Shown here: positions 30,338 through 39,974 of the stretch, in pieces | Layout: the number at the start of each line of letters is the position of its first letter | Numbering within the stretch: position 1 is the stretch's first letter | Source of the DNA: Candidatus Latescibacterota bacterium | GTDB lineage: Bacteria; Latescibacterota; UBA2968; UBA8231 | DNA length: 64,000 nucleotides | Assembly (NCBI GenBank): GCA_965197905.1 | Contig: CBDAOB010000005.1 | Span: 928,001-992,000 of the forward strand | Reading direction: 5' to 3' | Translations under genes and position numbers: made by a program | The notes under the pieces: generated by a model | The model's input: the letters and a program-made list of their open reading frames with translations, nothing else | What the model was told of the DNA's origin: nothing | Databases searched by the model: none

Positions 30338-31855
30338 ATGGAAAATACCTACCTCTTTGTTGACTGGGTTCACGTGGATAAAGGTCGGATGGAGGTGACT
30401 CTGGACGCCGACCGATTGTCGGAGGACGGCAAAGCGTTCATAGAGCAGTACGAGCGCGAGTGGGGCATCTGTCGCGACTTATCCGGACACGGGATGAAAC
30501 GGCTAAGGATTCCGTTCGGCGTCCGGATAACCGTGGAGAAAGGGGAAAAATCGGCGCCCTGGCTCGAGCCCGACCAACCCTGGGAGGATGACCTCCACTG
30601 GGTCACTGTGATTCCGGAGGACGGAAAGTTTCGATGTTGGTACACGGCTCCGCTGCCCAAGGAACATGTGGAAGCGACACAAGTGATGGACGGCGAACGG
30701 GGGATGGACCTGGGCGGCACCGCTCTGTGTTATTGTGAGAGCAGGGACGGCACTCTTTGGGAGAAACCCTCCCTCGGCCTTTTCACCTTTGGAGGATCGA
30801 AGGAAAACAACATCGTCTCTTTCTATGGTGATTCATCCAACGTCTTCCGCGACGACGCGTGTCCACCTGAAGAGCGCTACAAGATGTTCGATTGGGATCG
30901 CCTGCACGACGTTCCAGACGATGCCGAACCCCATCTGAAGTATGGCTTGTATGGTTGCGTCTCTCCCGACGGGTACAACTGGAAGCGCCTGCCGGATCCG
31001 CTGCTGCGCTATTTCCACGACACCCACAACATCGGCTGTTGGGATCCCACGCTGAAGAAGTATGTCGCCTTTGTTCGACGCCATCTGAACGGCCGCGCCA
31101 TCGGCCGCGCCGAGACCGATGATTTTCGACAGTGGCCGGATTCCGAAGTGGTCATATGTCCCACGCCGATGGATTCCTCCGCGGATGACTATTACACCAA
31201 TGGTTTTACCTGGTACCCGGACGATCCTTCCGTCAAATTCCTCTTCTCTACGATCTATCACCACGACAGCGATCTGGTGGACACGAGGTTGGCTACCAGT
31301 CCGGACGGCCGCCTGTTCAACTGGGTCTCGCATGAGCCGATCGTCGACAGTGGCAAACCCGGGGACTGGGACGACGGCGGTATGTACTTGTGCCCCAATC
31401 TTGTGCGTTTGCCGAACGGCTCTCTGGGGATGCCCTACCGAGGAATGGGGAAGAGCCACAACGAGAGTTTCAACCGGTTCTACGACGACGTAGAGCCCGG
31501 AACTAAGTTCGCATGGGCGAAGTGGCAGGAGGGAAGACTGGCCGGCATCGAGTCCTCGGACCAGGGGGAGTTCTTCACCCAACGGGTCACACACGACGGC
31601 AGCCAGATCGAGATCAACGCGCGCACGACACGCGCGGGAAGCATAGAGGTGGAGGTCTGGGAAGCGGTAGACCGCTACGTCAGCAAACCAGTCGACGGGT
31701 TCACCTTCGACGAAAACATTCCGTTTCGCGGCGATGAGATCTGGGCCCGGTGTCGGTGGAAAGGCAAGGAGAATCTCGAAGAATTACGTGGAAAAGAGAT
31801 TCAACTCCGGTTTCGTCTGTGCAGTGCCAAGATCTTCGGCTACCGTTTCGTCTGA
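30338..31855 (+). CDS. Hypothetical beta-propeller glycoside-hydrolase-like protein
   Basis: ESRDGTLWEKPSLG..GSKENN, SPDGYNW, DTHN and GDWDDG; resembles 18443-19987. Confidence 0.6.
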   Translation: MENTYLFVDWVHVDKGRMEVTLDADRLSEDGKAFIEQYEREWGICRDLSGHGMKRLRIPFGVRITVEKGEKSAPWLEPDQPWEDDLHWVTVIPEDGKFRCWYTAPLPKEHVEATQVMDGERGMDLGGTALCYCESRDGTLWEKPSLGLFTFGGSKENNIVSFYGDSSNVFRDDACPPEERYKMFDWDRLHDVPDDAEPHLKYGLYGCVSPDGYNWKRLPDPLLRYFHDTHNIGCWDPTLKKYVAFVRRHLNGRAIGRAETDDFRQWPDSEVVICPTPMDSSADDYYTNGFTWYPDDPSVKFLFSTIYHHDSDLVDTRLATSPDGRLFNWVSHEPIVDSGKPGDWDDGGMYLCPNLVRLPNGSLGMPYRGMGKSHNESFNRFYDDVEPGTKFAWAKWQEGRLAGIESSDQGEFFTQRVTHDGSQIEINARTTRAGSIEVEVWEAVDRYVSKPVDGFTFDENIPFRGDEIWARCRWKGKENLEELRGKEIQLRFRLCSAKIFGYRFV

Positions 31856-31865
31856 GGATAATCAG

Positions 31866-32651
31866 ATGGATTTTGCGGCATACAAACCCGGTTTTGACCG
31901 CGATGGTTTCGTCGTGGTTCCGAAGTTCGTGACCGGCGATGACATGGCGGAGTTGACCGGCTATCTCGACCGCTACATTCGCGAGGTCGTGCCGACCCTG
32001 CCGGATTCCGATGCCTTCTATGACGACAGAAGCCGGCCAGAAACCCTGAAGCAGATGCAGAACACGGGAAAGGACCCTTTCTTTGACGGTTACCGCCAGA
32101 ATCCACGCTGGATCGCACTGGCGGAGGCGCTGCTCAACGAGCCGCTCGACCCCCAGTCGCCGGAGTGGTTCAACAAGCCGCCGGGCACCGTGCATCCGAC
32201 GCCACCCCATCAAGACAACTATTACTTCAATCTGAAACCGCCCAACACCGTCTCCATCTGGCTCGCACTGGATCCGGTGGACGAGGAAAACGGCTGCCTG
32301 CGTTACGTCGCGGGATCCCACCGTCGCGGCCGGCGGCCTCACGCAGTCACCAGCGTCCTCGGTTTCTCGCAGGGCATCACCGACTACGGTCCCGAAGACG
32401 GGTCACACGAAGTGGCGATCAAACTGGAGCCGGGGGATGTCGTTGCACATCACTGCGAGGTCATCCACCGGGCGGATCCCAACGGTTCGCCGACCCGATC
32501 CCGCCGTGCCTTTGCGATGGTGATTCACGGCGAGAGCTGCCGCCTAGACGAGGAAGCCCACCGGCGACATGTAGAGGTGGCGCGCAAGCAACACGAATCG
32601 ATGGGCTTGGAACCCGGCACCGTTGGGGGCGTGCCGGCGGACGAGGCCTGA
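31866..32651 (+). CDS. Phytanoyl-CoA dioxygenase (PhyH) family protein
   Basis: RDGFVVV, FNKPP..TPPHQD, WLALD..NGCL..GSH, GDVVAHH..IHRA and RRA. Confidence 0.88.
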   Translation: MDFAAYKPGFDRDGFVVVPKFVTGDDMAELTGYLDRYIREVVPTLPDSDAFYDDRSRPETLKQMQNTGKDPFFDGYRQNPRWIALAEALLNEPLDPQSPEWFNKPPGTVHPTPPHQDNYYFNLKPPNTVSIWLALDPVDEENGCLRYVAGSHRRGRRPHAVTSVLGFSQGITDYGPEDGSHEVAIKLEPGDVVAHHCEVIHRADPNGSPTRSRRAFAMVIHGESCRLDEEAHRRHVEVARKQHESMGLEPGTVGGVPADEA

Positions 32652-32709
32652 GCATGCGCTCATCGCGGTACAGCTGGGCCAGCACCAAATTCCCAGGAGT
32701 GACCACGCC

Positions 32710-34923
32710 GTGAGCACCGGAAACGGGAACATCAAACGCGTCGGCTCGACCGCCCAGCGCCTCGCCGAAAAGCCGTACGAAGAGCGGATGTGCCGCATTG
32801 AAACCTACCCCAGCTGCGTGTCGTGGAGAGCGACCTATGAAGGCCCTTCCGTTGAGGAGTGGGTCGACCTCATCGACGAGATGGGCATGGAGGTGCAGAT
32901 CGTTGACGGAGAGATTAATCGCGGAACGCCGCGCTTTCCTTCGGAGATGATTGAACCGCACGCCGGCGTTGCTAACGAACGGTTGCCCCGCTTCCTCGAG
33001 CTGGCTCACGAGCGTGGCATCATCGTGCTCTCCTATTACCCGATCATCTACACCAAACCGTTAAAGCCGCTGCATCCCGAGTGGCTGATGAAGTTTCTCG
33101 ACGACGGTCGACCCGAGCCCGAGAACCTGGGTTGGTTCTGCTTCAACTCGCCGTACCGGGATTGGCTGCCTCAATACCTGATCGAGTGGATGGATAACCT
33201 GGACATCGACGGGCTCTACTTCGACGACACCAATTACGGTACCCACGAGGATCGACCGTGGACGCCGTCCTGCTGCTGCAGCTTCTGCGAAGAGCTTTTT
33301 CGTCAAGAAACCGGAGAAGAGATACCACGGAAGGTGGACTTCGATTCTATGACCTTCCGTCGTTTCATCAACTGGCGCTACGAAAAGATGATCGATTTCA
33401 TGCATCATCTCTTCAGCACGATCAGAGCGAAACATCCCGACGCCATCCTCGACCTGAATTCTTACATCCGCCCACAGAACGACTGGTCCGATGGCCATCC
33501 GTTAGGCTCGCTGCGACTGGAGGAGGTGGGTGGTTATTTCTTCGTGGAGACCTTTCACTCCCTGCGCGAACCAGGTTTTGTGGCCAAGGCATTACGCGCC
33601 ACCGGCACGCCATTCGGCATCTTCCGTAACGTGGCACAAAACTTGAAGGGTTTTGGCTGTCCTCCGTATCCGGAGCCTTATGCGGCTGCGATCTCCGGCC
33701 TCGGGGCGATGATCAACGGGGGTGCTCCGTGTGGCGGCCCCCTAGGTCAATGTACGCTGCTGCAGAAGGAGGCGACGACGCAGGTTTTCTCCGACTACAA
33801 GAAACGCGCTCCATACGTTGCGGGGGAGACGCTGAAACATGTCGCACTGCACTATTCTCAGATGAACCGGGACTTCCGCCCTTCGGAGATCCCTAAAAAC
33901 ACCAACCAGGTCCATTTCCATCAGATAGGACAGGTCGATCAGTACGGGGCTTATGAGATGCTCAATCGGTCCCATGTGGTCTTCGACATGGTGCTGGATG
34001 AGCATCTCGCATTTGAGAACCTTGCGGAGTACGGCATCCTCTTTCTGTCCAACAGCGCCTGTCTCAGCGATGCCCACTGCGACGCCATACGCCGCTTCGT
34101 CGAAGAGGGAGGCACCCTGATCGCCACCCACCAGACCTCGCTCCTGGACGAGTGGGGCCAGTCGCGGGGGCAGTTTGCACTCGCGGACGTTCTCGGTGTG
34201 GAATATCGCGGTCCCCGTGGGGCGGAGGAGAAACACCCGGTCATCTACGTGCCCCACGACGACGGGATCGCCAGTCGTTTTGGCCATGTCATCTGTTTCT
34301 ACGCCGGAGAATCATCGATTGCGGTGGACGCAGAGTCCGAAGTCTTGTGCACTGGCAGCAAGGTGCACGAACCCGAATTCTGCATCGGCCATTTTGACTC
34401 CTCTACCGAGTTCCTCGGCAATTTTCACCCCTCTATGGATTACGATTCTTCCGAACCGGCGGTTACCGTCCACAGCTACGGCAAGGGGCAAGCGATCTAC
34501 ATCGCCGGCGATGTGGGGAGCGCCTACATGAACAGTCCGTATCCGGTCCTGCGCCGGTTTGTCGCCCATCTCGTTGGCCGCACTCCGGCACCGATCGCGG
34601 TGGAGGCGCCGGAAGTGATCGAGATGACCGCTGCCTATCGGCCATCCGGAGAATTGATGATCCACCTGCTGAATAACCCGGTTGGGGTTGTTCCATGGAA
34701 GATCGAGGGTACGCGGGAGGACTATGATGAAACCCAGGGGTTGTTCCACGCTCCGTTCGAGGTAAACCCCATCCACGACATACTGATCCGTTTCAACGAG
34801 CTGAAACCGTTGTCGGCTCGCCTGCCGCTGCAGGATGTCGATCTGGAGATCTCTGGCGACGCCGCCATCGTTGTGCCGAGGGTGGACCTCCACGAAGTCG
34901 TGTGTGTGGGTGTGACGAGTTAA
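32710..34923 (+). CDS. Glycoside-hydrolase-like TIM barrel with beta-galactosidase trimerisation (GATase-like) domain
   Basis: HPEW, CFNSPY, DGLYFD, CCCSFC, LSNSACLSD..IRRFVEEGG and YGKGQAIY; GTG start after AGGAG is inferred. Confidence 0.7.
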   Translation: MSTGNGNIKRVGSTAQRLAEKPYEERMCRIETYPSCVSWRATYEGPSVEEWVDLIDEMGMEVQIVDGEINRGTPRFPSEMIEPHAGVANERLPRFLELAHERGIIVLSYYPIIYTKPLKPLHPEWLMKFLDDGRPEPENLGWFCFNSPYRDWLPQYLIEWMDNLDIDGLYFDDTNYGTHEDRPWTPSCCCSFCEELFRQETGEEIPRKVDFDSMTFRRFINWRYEKMIDFMHHLFSTIRAKHPDAILDLNSYIRPQNDWSDGHPLGSLRLEEVGGYFFVETFHSLREPGFVAKALRATGTPFGIFRNVAQNLKGFGCPPYPEPYAAAISGLGAMINGGAPCGGPLGQCTLLQKEATTQVFSDYKKRAPYVAGETLKHVALHYSQMNRDFRPSEIPKNTNQVHFHQIGQVDQYGAYEMLNRSHVVFDMVLDEHLAFENLAEYGILFLSNSACLSDAHCDAIRRFVEEGGTLIATHQTSLLDEWGQSRGQFALADVLGVEYRGPRGAEEKHPVIYVPHDDGIASRFGHVICFYAGESSIAVDAESEVLCTGSKVHEPEFCIGHFDSSTEFLGNFHPSMDYDSSEPAVTVHSYGKGQAIYIAGDVGSAYMNSPYPVLRRFVAHLVGRTPAPIAVEAPEVIEMTAAYRPSGELMIHLLNNPVGVVPWKIEGTREDYDETQGLFHAPFEVNPIHDILIRFNELKPLSARLPLQDVDLEISGDAAIVVPRVDLHEVVCVGVTS

Positions 34924-35006
34924 ATGCTCGCCGCTGTCGAAACCAGAATGGCCGGCTTCTCTTGATCGTGCACGAACGACCATCATAAGGGGAGACAAAC
35001 ATCCGC

Positions 35007-36164
35007 ATGCCTTCAATCGCCGGCGTTGAGTTCCGTCGGTTCTCCGCCCGTCACCACAACGCTACACGCAACTGGCTCGTTGTGAAATTGAACACCGACG
35101 ATTCAGCACTCTTTGGCCTGGGTGACGCGAGCGCCATGGAGGACGACGACAAGGTTCTGCAACTGGTGCAGCGCTTTGTCGAAGAGTATCTGGTGGGGCA
35201 GGACCCGCTGGACCACGAACGGCACTGGACCACCCTCTATCACGACCCCCATTCACGCGGCGGCCGGCTGGCCGCCAGCGCCCTGTCGGGCATCGACATC
35301 GCCCTGTGGGATCTCAAGGGCAAGATTCACGGAAGCCCGGTCTACCAGCTTCTGGGCGGGGCTCAACGGCAGCAGATCCGGGTCTATGCCAACGGCTGGT
35401 ACACCAACCCTGGCACGCCAGAGCAGAACGCCGAGGAGGCCCGCACGGTTGTGGAGATGGGCTACACGGCGATGAAGTTCGATCCGTTCGGCCAGGAGAA
35501 CTATTACAAGATCTCGCTGGGCGAGGCACAGCTCGCCGAAGACCGGGTGGCGGCCGTGCGCGCTGCAGTGGGTCCCGAGGTCGACATCCTCGTCGAAGCC
35601 CACGCCAAGTTCAACGTTATGACGGCGATTCAGCTGGGCAAACGTCTTGAGTCATACCGCCCCCTATGGTACGAGGAGCCGGTGTCCGAGGAGAATCTGT
35701 CCGAGCTGCTGGAGGTGCGGCGGAAGGTGGACATACCGATCGCCACGGGGGAGCGACTCTACAGCAAATTCCCGTTTGCTCAGATAGTCGAGGCGCATGC
35801 GGCTGACGTGCTGCAGCCGGACGTTGCCAACGCTGGCGGCGTGACCGAACTCAAGAAGATCGCCGCCATCGCGGAGGCCAAACATATAACCGTGGCGCCA
35901 CACAATGTCTGCTCACCGGTGGGAGCCATGGCCGAGATGCACCTGTGCGCATCTATTGTCAACTTCGAGATTCTGGAGTACCACGCGGAGTTCTACGACA
36001 GCCACTACTTCGATGTTTTCCAGGGGTTCCCGCGCCAGCGGGATGGCCACGTCGAACTGAGCCCCGCCCCGGGATTGGGTCTAACCCTGGACGAGGATGT
36101 GATCGTCGCCCATCCGCCCATGGCCAGCACCACGGCCCGCGGAGGCACGACTCGAGGGATCTAG
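35007..36164 (+). CDS. Mandelate racemase/enolase superfamily, galactonate-dehydratase-like
   Basis: SGIDIALWDLKGK, YANGW, AMKFDP, EAH, EEP, ATGER, QPD, PHN and PGLG. Confidence 0.85.
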   Translation: MPSIAGVEFRRFSARHHNATRNWLVVKLNTDDSALFGLGDASAMEDDDKVLQLVQRFVEEYLVGQDPLDHERHWTTLYHDPHSRGGRLAASALSGIDIALWDLKGKIHGSPVYQLLGGAQRQQIRVYANGWYTNPGTPEQNAEEARTVVEMGYTAMKFDPFGQENYYKISLGEAQLAEDRVAAVRAAVGPEVDILVEAHAKFNVMTAIQLGKRLESYRPLWYEEPVSEENLSELLEVRRKVDIPIATGERLYSKFPFAQIVEAHAADVLQPDVANAGGVTELKKIAAIAEAKHITVAPHNVCSPVGAMAEMHLCASIVNFEILEYHAEFYDSHYFDVFQGFPRQRDGHVELSPAPGLGLTLDEDVIVAHPPMASTTARGGTTRGI

Positions 36165-36313
36165 CCGACGCTGGCGAGCCGCCGACCAGATCGGCGACGA
36201 CCGTCGCACGAGCGGATCCTTCACCCACAATTTCCTGTGCCTGCAGGATACCGCATTCTATGAGGTGGATCGGTAGCCAGTGCCGATCGCCCGCTGCTTT
36301 CCCAGCCCAATTA

Positions 36314-37540
36314 CTAGCGCGAGCGGCTTTCGATCTCGATCGTTATGCCTGCTCGGCGCAGTCGTTCGACCAATGGCATGCCCAGTGCGGTTGCAGGCGT
36401 GAGAATGCCACCACGGTCTGGACCGCCCGGGAGATCGTCGCGTTGGCCAGCAAGGGCCAGGGCTGCTTCGCATACCATCTTGACGGTGCCGCGGTTTCCA
36501 GGATCGCCACGGTCTTCAATAAGGGCCCAAACCTTCGATCCGTCGGTTCCGGTCCCGACGAACCGACAACGGAAGAATCCCGCGTCCATTTCGCGCTCGG
36601 AAGGGCCCGACCCCGGCTTCGGGGCCAACACTTCTGTCAGTTCTACAGCACCTGGGACCTGGGAGTAGACCTGGTAGAATGCTATGCTCGAGGCCAGCAC
36701 GGAGGCGGAGAGCCAGGGGACAGGGCCACCTACCTCTGCATATTCTTGATAGCAAAAATTCGGACCGTAACCCTCGTGCCACTGTTGAAAGAGGGCAGCG
36801 CTACGCCGGACAACGCGCGTATTGACGGGCCCCATTACGAACGGACCAACCCAGGATCCGAGGTCGCTGTCGTATGCCGGTGCCACGGGGTCGCGTTGGT
36901 CCCCAGATTTTGTACCGGTATGGTCAGGATTGAGCAGAAAGGGGTCTCGCATACGGGATCCCTGCCCGGAGCGTTGAATATTCAGTACCGAGGCTGCGGT
37001 CCCACCGTTCAGTCCTCCCGACGTCGCGATGAAGGCTTTAACCTGCTGGCAGGCTTGCCCGAGACGCTTGGATTCGTCCGCAATCATGAGCGTTCCAAGA
37101 TCCGACGGTACGGAATCGAAACCGCAGAAGTGTACGATTTTTGTAGCCGATGAAACGGCCGTCTCGTGATAGCGGTCGATCATATCTCGCGCCCAGGTTG
37201 TCTCACCCGTGATATCAACATAATCGGTCTGGTTTCTGACGCATGCGCTGACAACCGGTTCACCGTGCAGAGCGAAAGGTCCTGCCGTAGTGAGAATTAC
37301 GCGAGTTCGCTCTGCCATGCGATCGATGGCAGGGCCGTCCTGGCTTGCAGCGACTGCGACTTCGACATCCGTGGGAAGCTGGAGGTCCGTCTTGAGCGCG
37401 GCGAGCTTCTTTTCGTCGCGCCCCGCTAGCGCCCAACGCAGGTCAGGAGTAGCGTGGTCCCGCAGGTAGGCTGCCGCTTGTCGGCCAGTGAAGCCGGTGG
37501 CGCCGTACAGCGTCAGGTCGAGGTTACGAATTTTGGGCAC
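36314..37540 (-). CDS. Saccharopine-dehydrogenase-like NADP oxidoreductase (trans-acting enoyl reductase family)
   Basis: YGATGFTG, LAGR, AGPF, YVDITGE, CGFDSVPSDLG, SGG..GGT, DPG and GGILTPA. Confidence 0.88.
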   Translation of the reverse strand: MPKIRNLDLTLYGATGFTGRQAAAYLRDHATPDLRWALAGRDEKKLAALKTDLQLPTDVEVAVAASQDGPAIDRMAERTRVILTTAGPFALHGEPVVSACVRNQTDYVDITGETTWARDMIDRYHETAVSSATKIVHFCGFDSVPSDLGTLMIADESKRLGQACQQVKAFIATSGGLNGGTAASVLNIQRSGQGSRMRDPFLLNPDHTGTKSGDQRDPVAPAYDSDLGSWVGPFVMGPVNTRVVRRSAALFQQWHEGYGPNFCYQEYAEVGGPVPWLSASVLASSIAFYQVYSQVPGAVELTEVLAPKPGSGPSEREMDAGFFRCRFVGTGTDGSKVWALIEDRGDPGNRGTVKMVCEAALALAGQRDDLPGGPDRGGILTPATALGMPLVERLRRAGITIEIESRSR

Positions 37541-37577
37541 TTAGCAGATATCTCCGACACAAGCCCCGAAGCGACTT

Positions 37578-38390
37578 TCAGTGTTCGATCGCCATGCCAG
37601 GCTTTGGTTTCCTGGCGCACACAAGCAAGCATTTGCGGATTGCCCAGCTCAAGTTGATGTTGGCCGCAAGCAGGTCGCGCATAGCGAACGGGTTCCACCA
37701 CCGCGACGGATCCTGTTGCACAAATCTGTTGAAACGATCGCGGTATGCGTGCCAGGTCTCTGTGGTTGCGTCGCTGAGATCGGGGTTTCCGAATCCCGCA
37801 TCTCTCAGTAAGTCTCCGTAGCGGCCGGCATTGGGCACGTAGTTTTGCGCAGGGACCAGCGGTGTTCCCCATGCCATCAGAAGATCGGACAGGACTAAAC
37901 AGCCGCCGGGCCTTAACACGCGAAAGGTTTCTTCTAAGAAACGCTTCCGAGTGGAGAAATGAAAGGCAGCTTCGATGCACAGAACCGTGTCGAAGGTTTC
38001 GTCGTCGAAGTCGAGCTTGGTAGCGTCCATTCGCTTGAAAGTGCATCCCGGTGCACGCTTCCGCGCCTCCACCAATTGTGATTCCGAAAGACCAATCCCG
38101 GTGATAGCCGCCGGTTGGAAGTAGTTCATCAATCGCCTGGTGCTGGCTCCCTGACCACACGCGACGTCCAGGATCGTTCCCCTGAGGGGCTCAATCGGTT
38201 CGAGAAGCATGTCCACGAGTCGATCGCCAGCTTCTCTGGCACAACGCGTGGCGCCGTCCCAATATCCGAAATTGGCGTATCCGCTGTCACCGCAAAACTC
38301 GCGGAGAATCGGGTCGGAAAAGACCGCATCGTAGTACAGTGACAGTGCAGTCGAAGTTGCCGGAGAATCGTTTTCAGTTGTAGTGGACAT
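37578..38390 (-). CDS. Class I SAM-dependent methyltransferase (sterol/tocopherol/RebM-like subtype)
   Basis: YYD, ANFGYW, LDVACGQG, GLSESQ, MDA..L.F.D..FD, IEAAFHF and RVLRPGG. Confidence 0.88.
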   Translation of the reverse strand: MSTTTENDSPATSTALSLYYDAVFSDPILREFCGDSGYANFGYWDGATRCAREAGDRLVDMLLEPIEPLRGTILDVACGQGASTRRLMNYFQPAAITGIGLSESQLVEARKRAPGCTFKRMDATKLDFDDETFDTVLCIEAAFHFSTRKRFLEETFRVLRPGGCLVLSDLLMAWGTPLVPAQNYVPNAGRYGDLLRDAGFGNPDLSDATTETWHAYRDRFNRFVQQDPSRWWNPFAMRDLLAANINLSWAIRKCLLVCARKPKPGMAIEH

Positions 38391-38444
38391 CGGCGGTATC
38401 TCTAGCAGGTGGCCCAGATTATAAAGAACTAAGATTGGGCAAGG

Positions 38445-39892
38445 TCACCGCATTGGTGTTCTCAATTCGGATCGCCACAGTTCGGCTGCAACCCGAGTCT
38501 GTTTGCTGTTAACCTCGGACCACCATCCAAGCAGCCATTCACGGTCACGTGCGAATCCGTTCAGCGTTGAAAGCTGCCAGAATCCGTAGTCGAGGGCCCG
38601 ACCGAAGAGGTCGGGAAACGTTCGAGTCGACGAGATATCGAAGAGATCCATCCAGAACTGCGGTGGATGTGACAGCGACTTCACCAGGACATCTGGAGTG
38701 AAGCTCTGACGGAACGGGACCAGATCGCTAACACTCCACCGACGCGCCAGGCGTAGTTGGGATCCTTATCGGCCGTCTTGCAGACTACCTTGAGGGCGTC
38801 CATCCAAACACGCAGCAGGTGGCGATTTCGGGCAAAGGACACAAGCAGATCTGCGACCCCGAAGTCCGGATCGAATTTCTGCCTCCATCTGCCTTCGTAA
38901 GCTCGGAGTGTCCTGCGACTGAAATCTCCTCGGTCGAAGGCATCGCTGATCGTCTCCCTAGCCAGCGTCGCGTTCTCCAATGCAGGAGCAATTCCTTCTC
39001 CTGAGAGGGGATCGACAAAGCAGCCTGCTTCGCCGACGAGCAGACCGCGTTCAAAGTAGTTGGTTCGCGCTCCGCCGTAGGTCTTGATCGGCCAACCAAC
39101 CGGTTTCTCGATTTCGCAACGCCAGCCTTGTTCAGCGGCCCAGTTTTGGAGCCGCTTTGAAAGTCTTCCGAAAAAGTCGTGGAGCTTCAGATCGAATCTC
39201 TTGACCGATTCAGCCACCATACCCACACCGATATTGGCTAGCCCGTCCGAGATCGGGTAGACCCAGCCGAAGCCGGGAAAAAAATCTTCCTCAAACCAGA
39301 GCATCGACTCGCGCAACGGTAGTCCGTGGCAGTACGCCCGCATCGCGAACTCAACGAATCGCTCATCAGTCATCGCCAGACCGGCTCTTCTGGCAACGAC
39401 AGAATGAGCGCCATCAGCGCCGACGACCAGACGGGCGGAGTACTGGCGTTGTGTGCCAGATTCCAGGGCGGTCAGAGTCGCCGAATCGCTGTCTATCTCC
39501 AGATCGCGGACAGTGCAGTTCTCGACAGTGGTGGCACCGGCTTCCTGCGCCCGCCGAAAAATGATCTCGTCGAGTACGACGCGCGGTACAGCATGATAGT
39601 AGTCGATAGTATTAGCACGAGGAGGAATGCCGCCTTTGGCGAGCCATTTCCCGTTTAGGGCAGTACGGGCACGCCTCAATGGTAGAAGCTTACGCCGAGC
39701 GATTGCTTCAAAGCACCCGAGTTCGTCGAGTAGCATGAGGCCTTTAGCGCTAACAATGTCACCGCAAACTTTGTCTCTAGGGAAGGATTTCTTCTCCAAA
39801 AGCAACACGTTTTGCCCAATCGCAGCGAGACGGATAGCAAGGCTGCTACCCGCAGGACCGGCACCTACAATCGCTACATCGAACGTCGTCAT
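38445..39892 (-). CDS. Geranylgeranyl-reductase-family FAD oxidoreductase; 1-nt frameshift near 38725 (482 aa if corrected)
   Basis: DVAIVGAGPAG, FPRDKVCGD, VGADGAHS, GFGWVYP..ANIGVG and GEAGCFVDPLSGEGI; the alternate frame continues LVPFRQSFTPDVLVKSLSHPP into ORF 38445-38684. Confidence 0.85.
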
Positions 39893-39974
39893 TCTGTTGT
39901 TTCGCAACAAAGCCGCATCGCCGCCGGGAACCGACTTCGGAGATACCGAAAGGGACGCGGTGCAGTGGACATCA

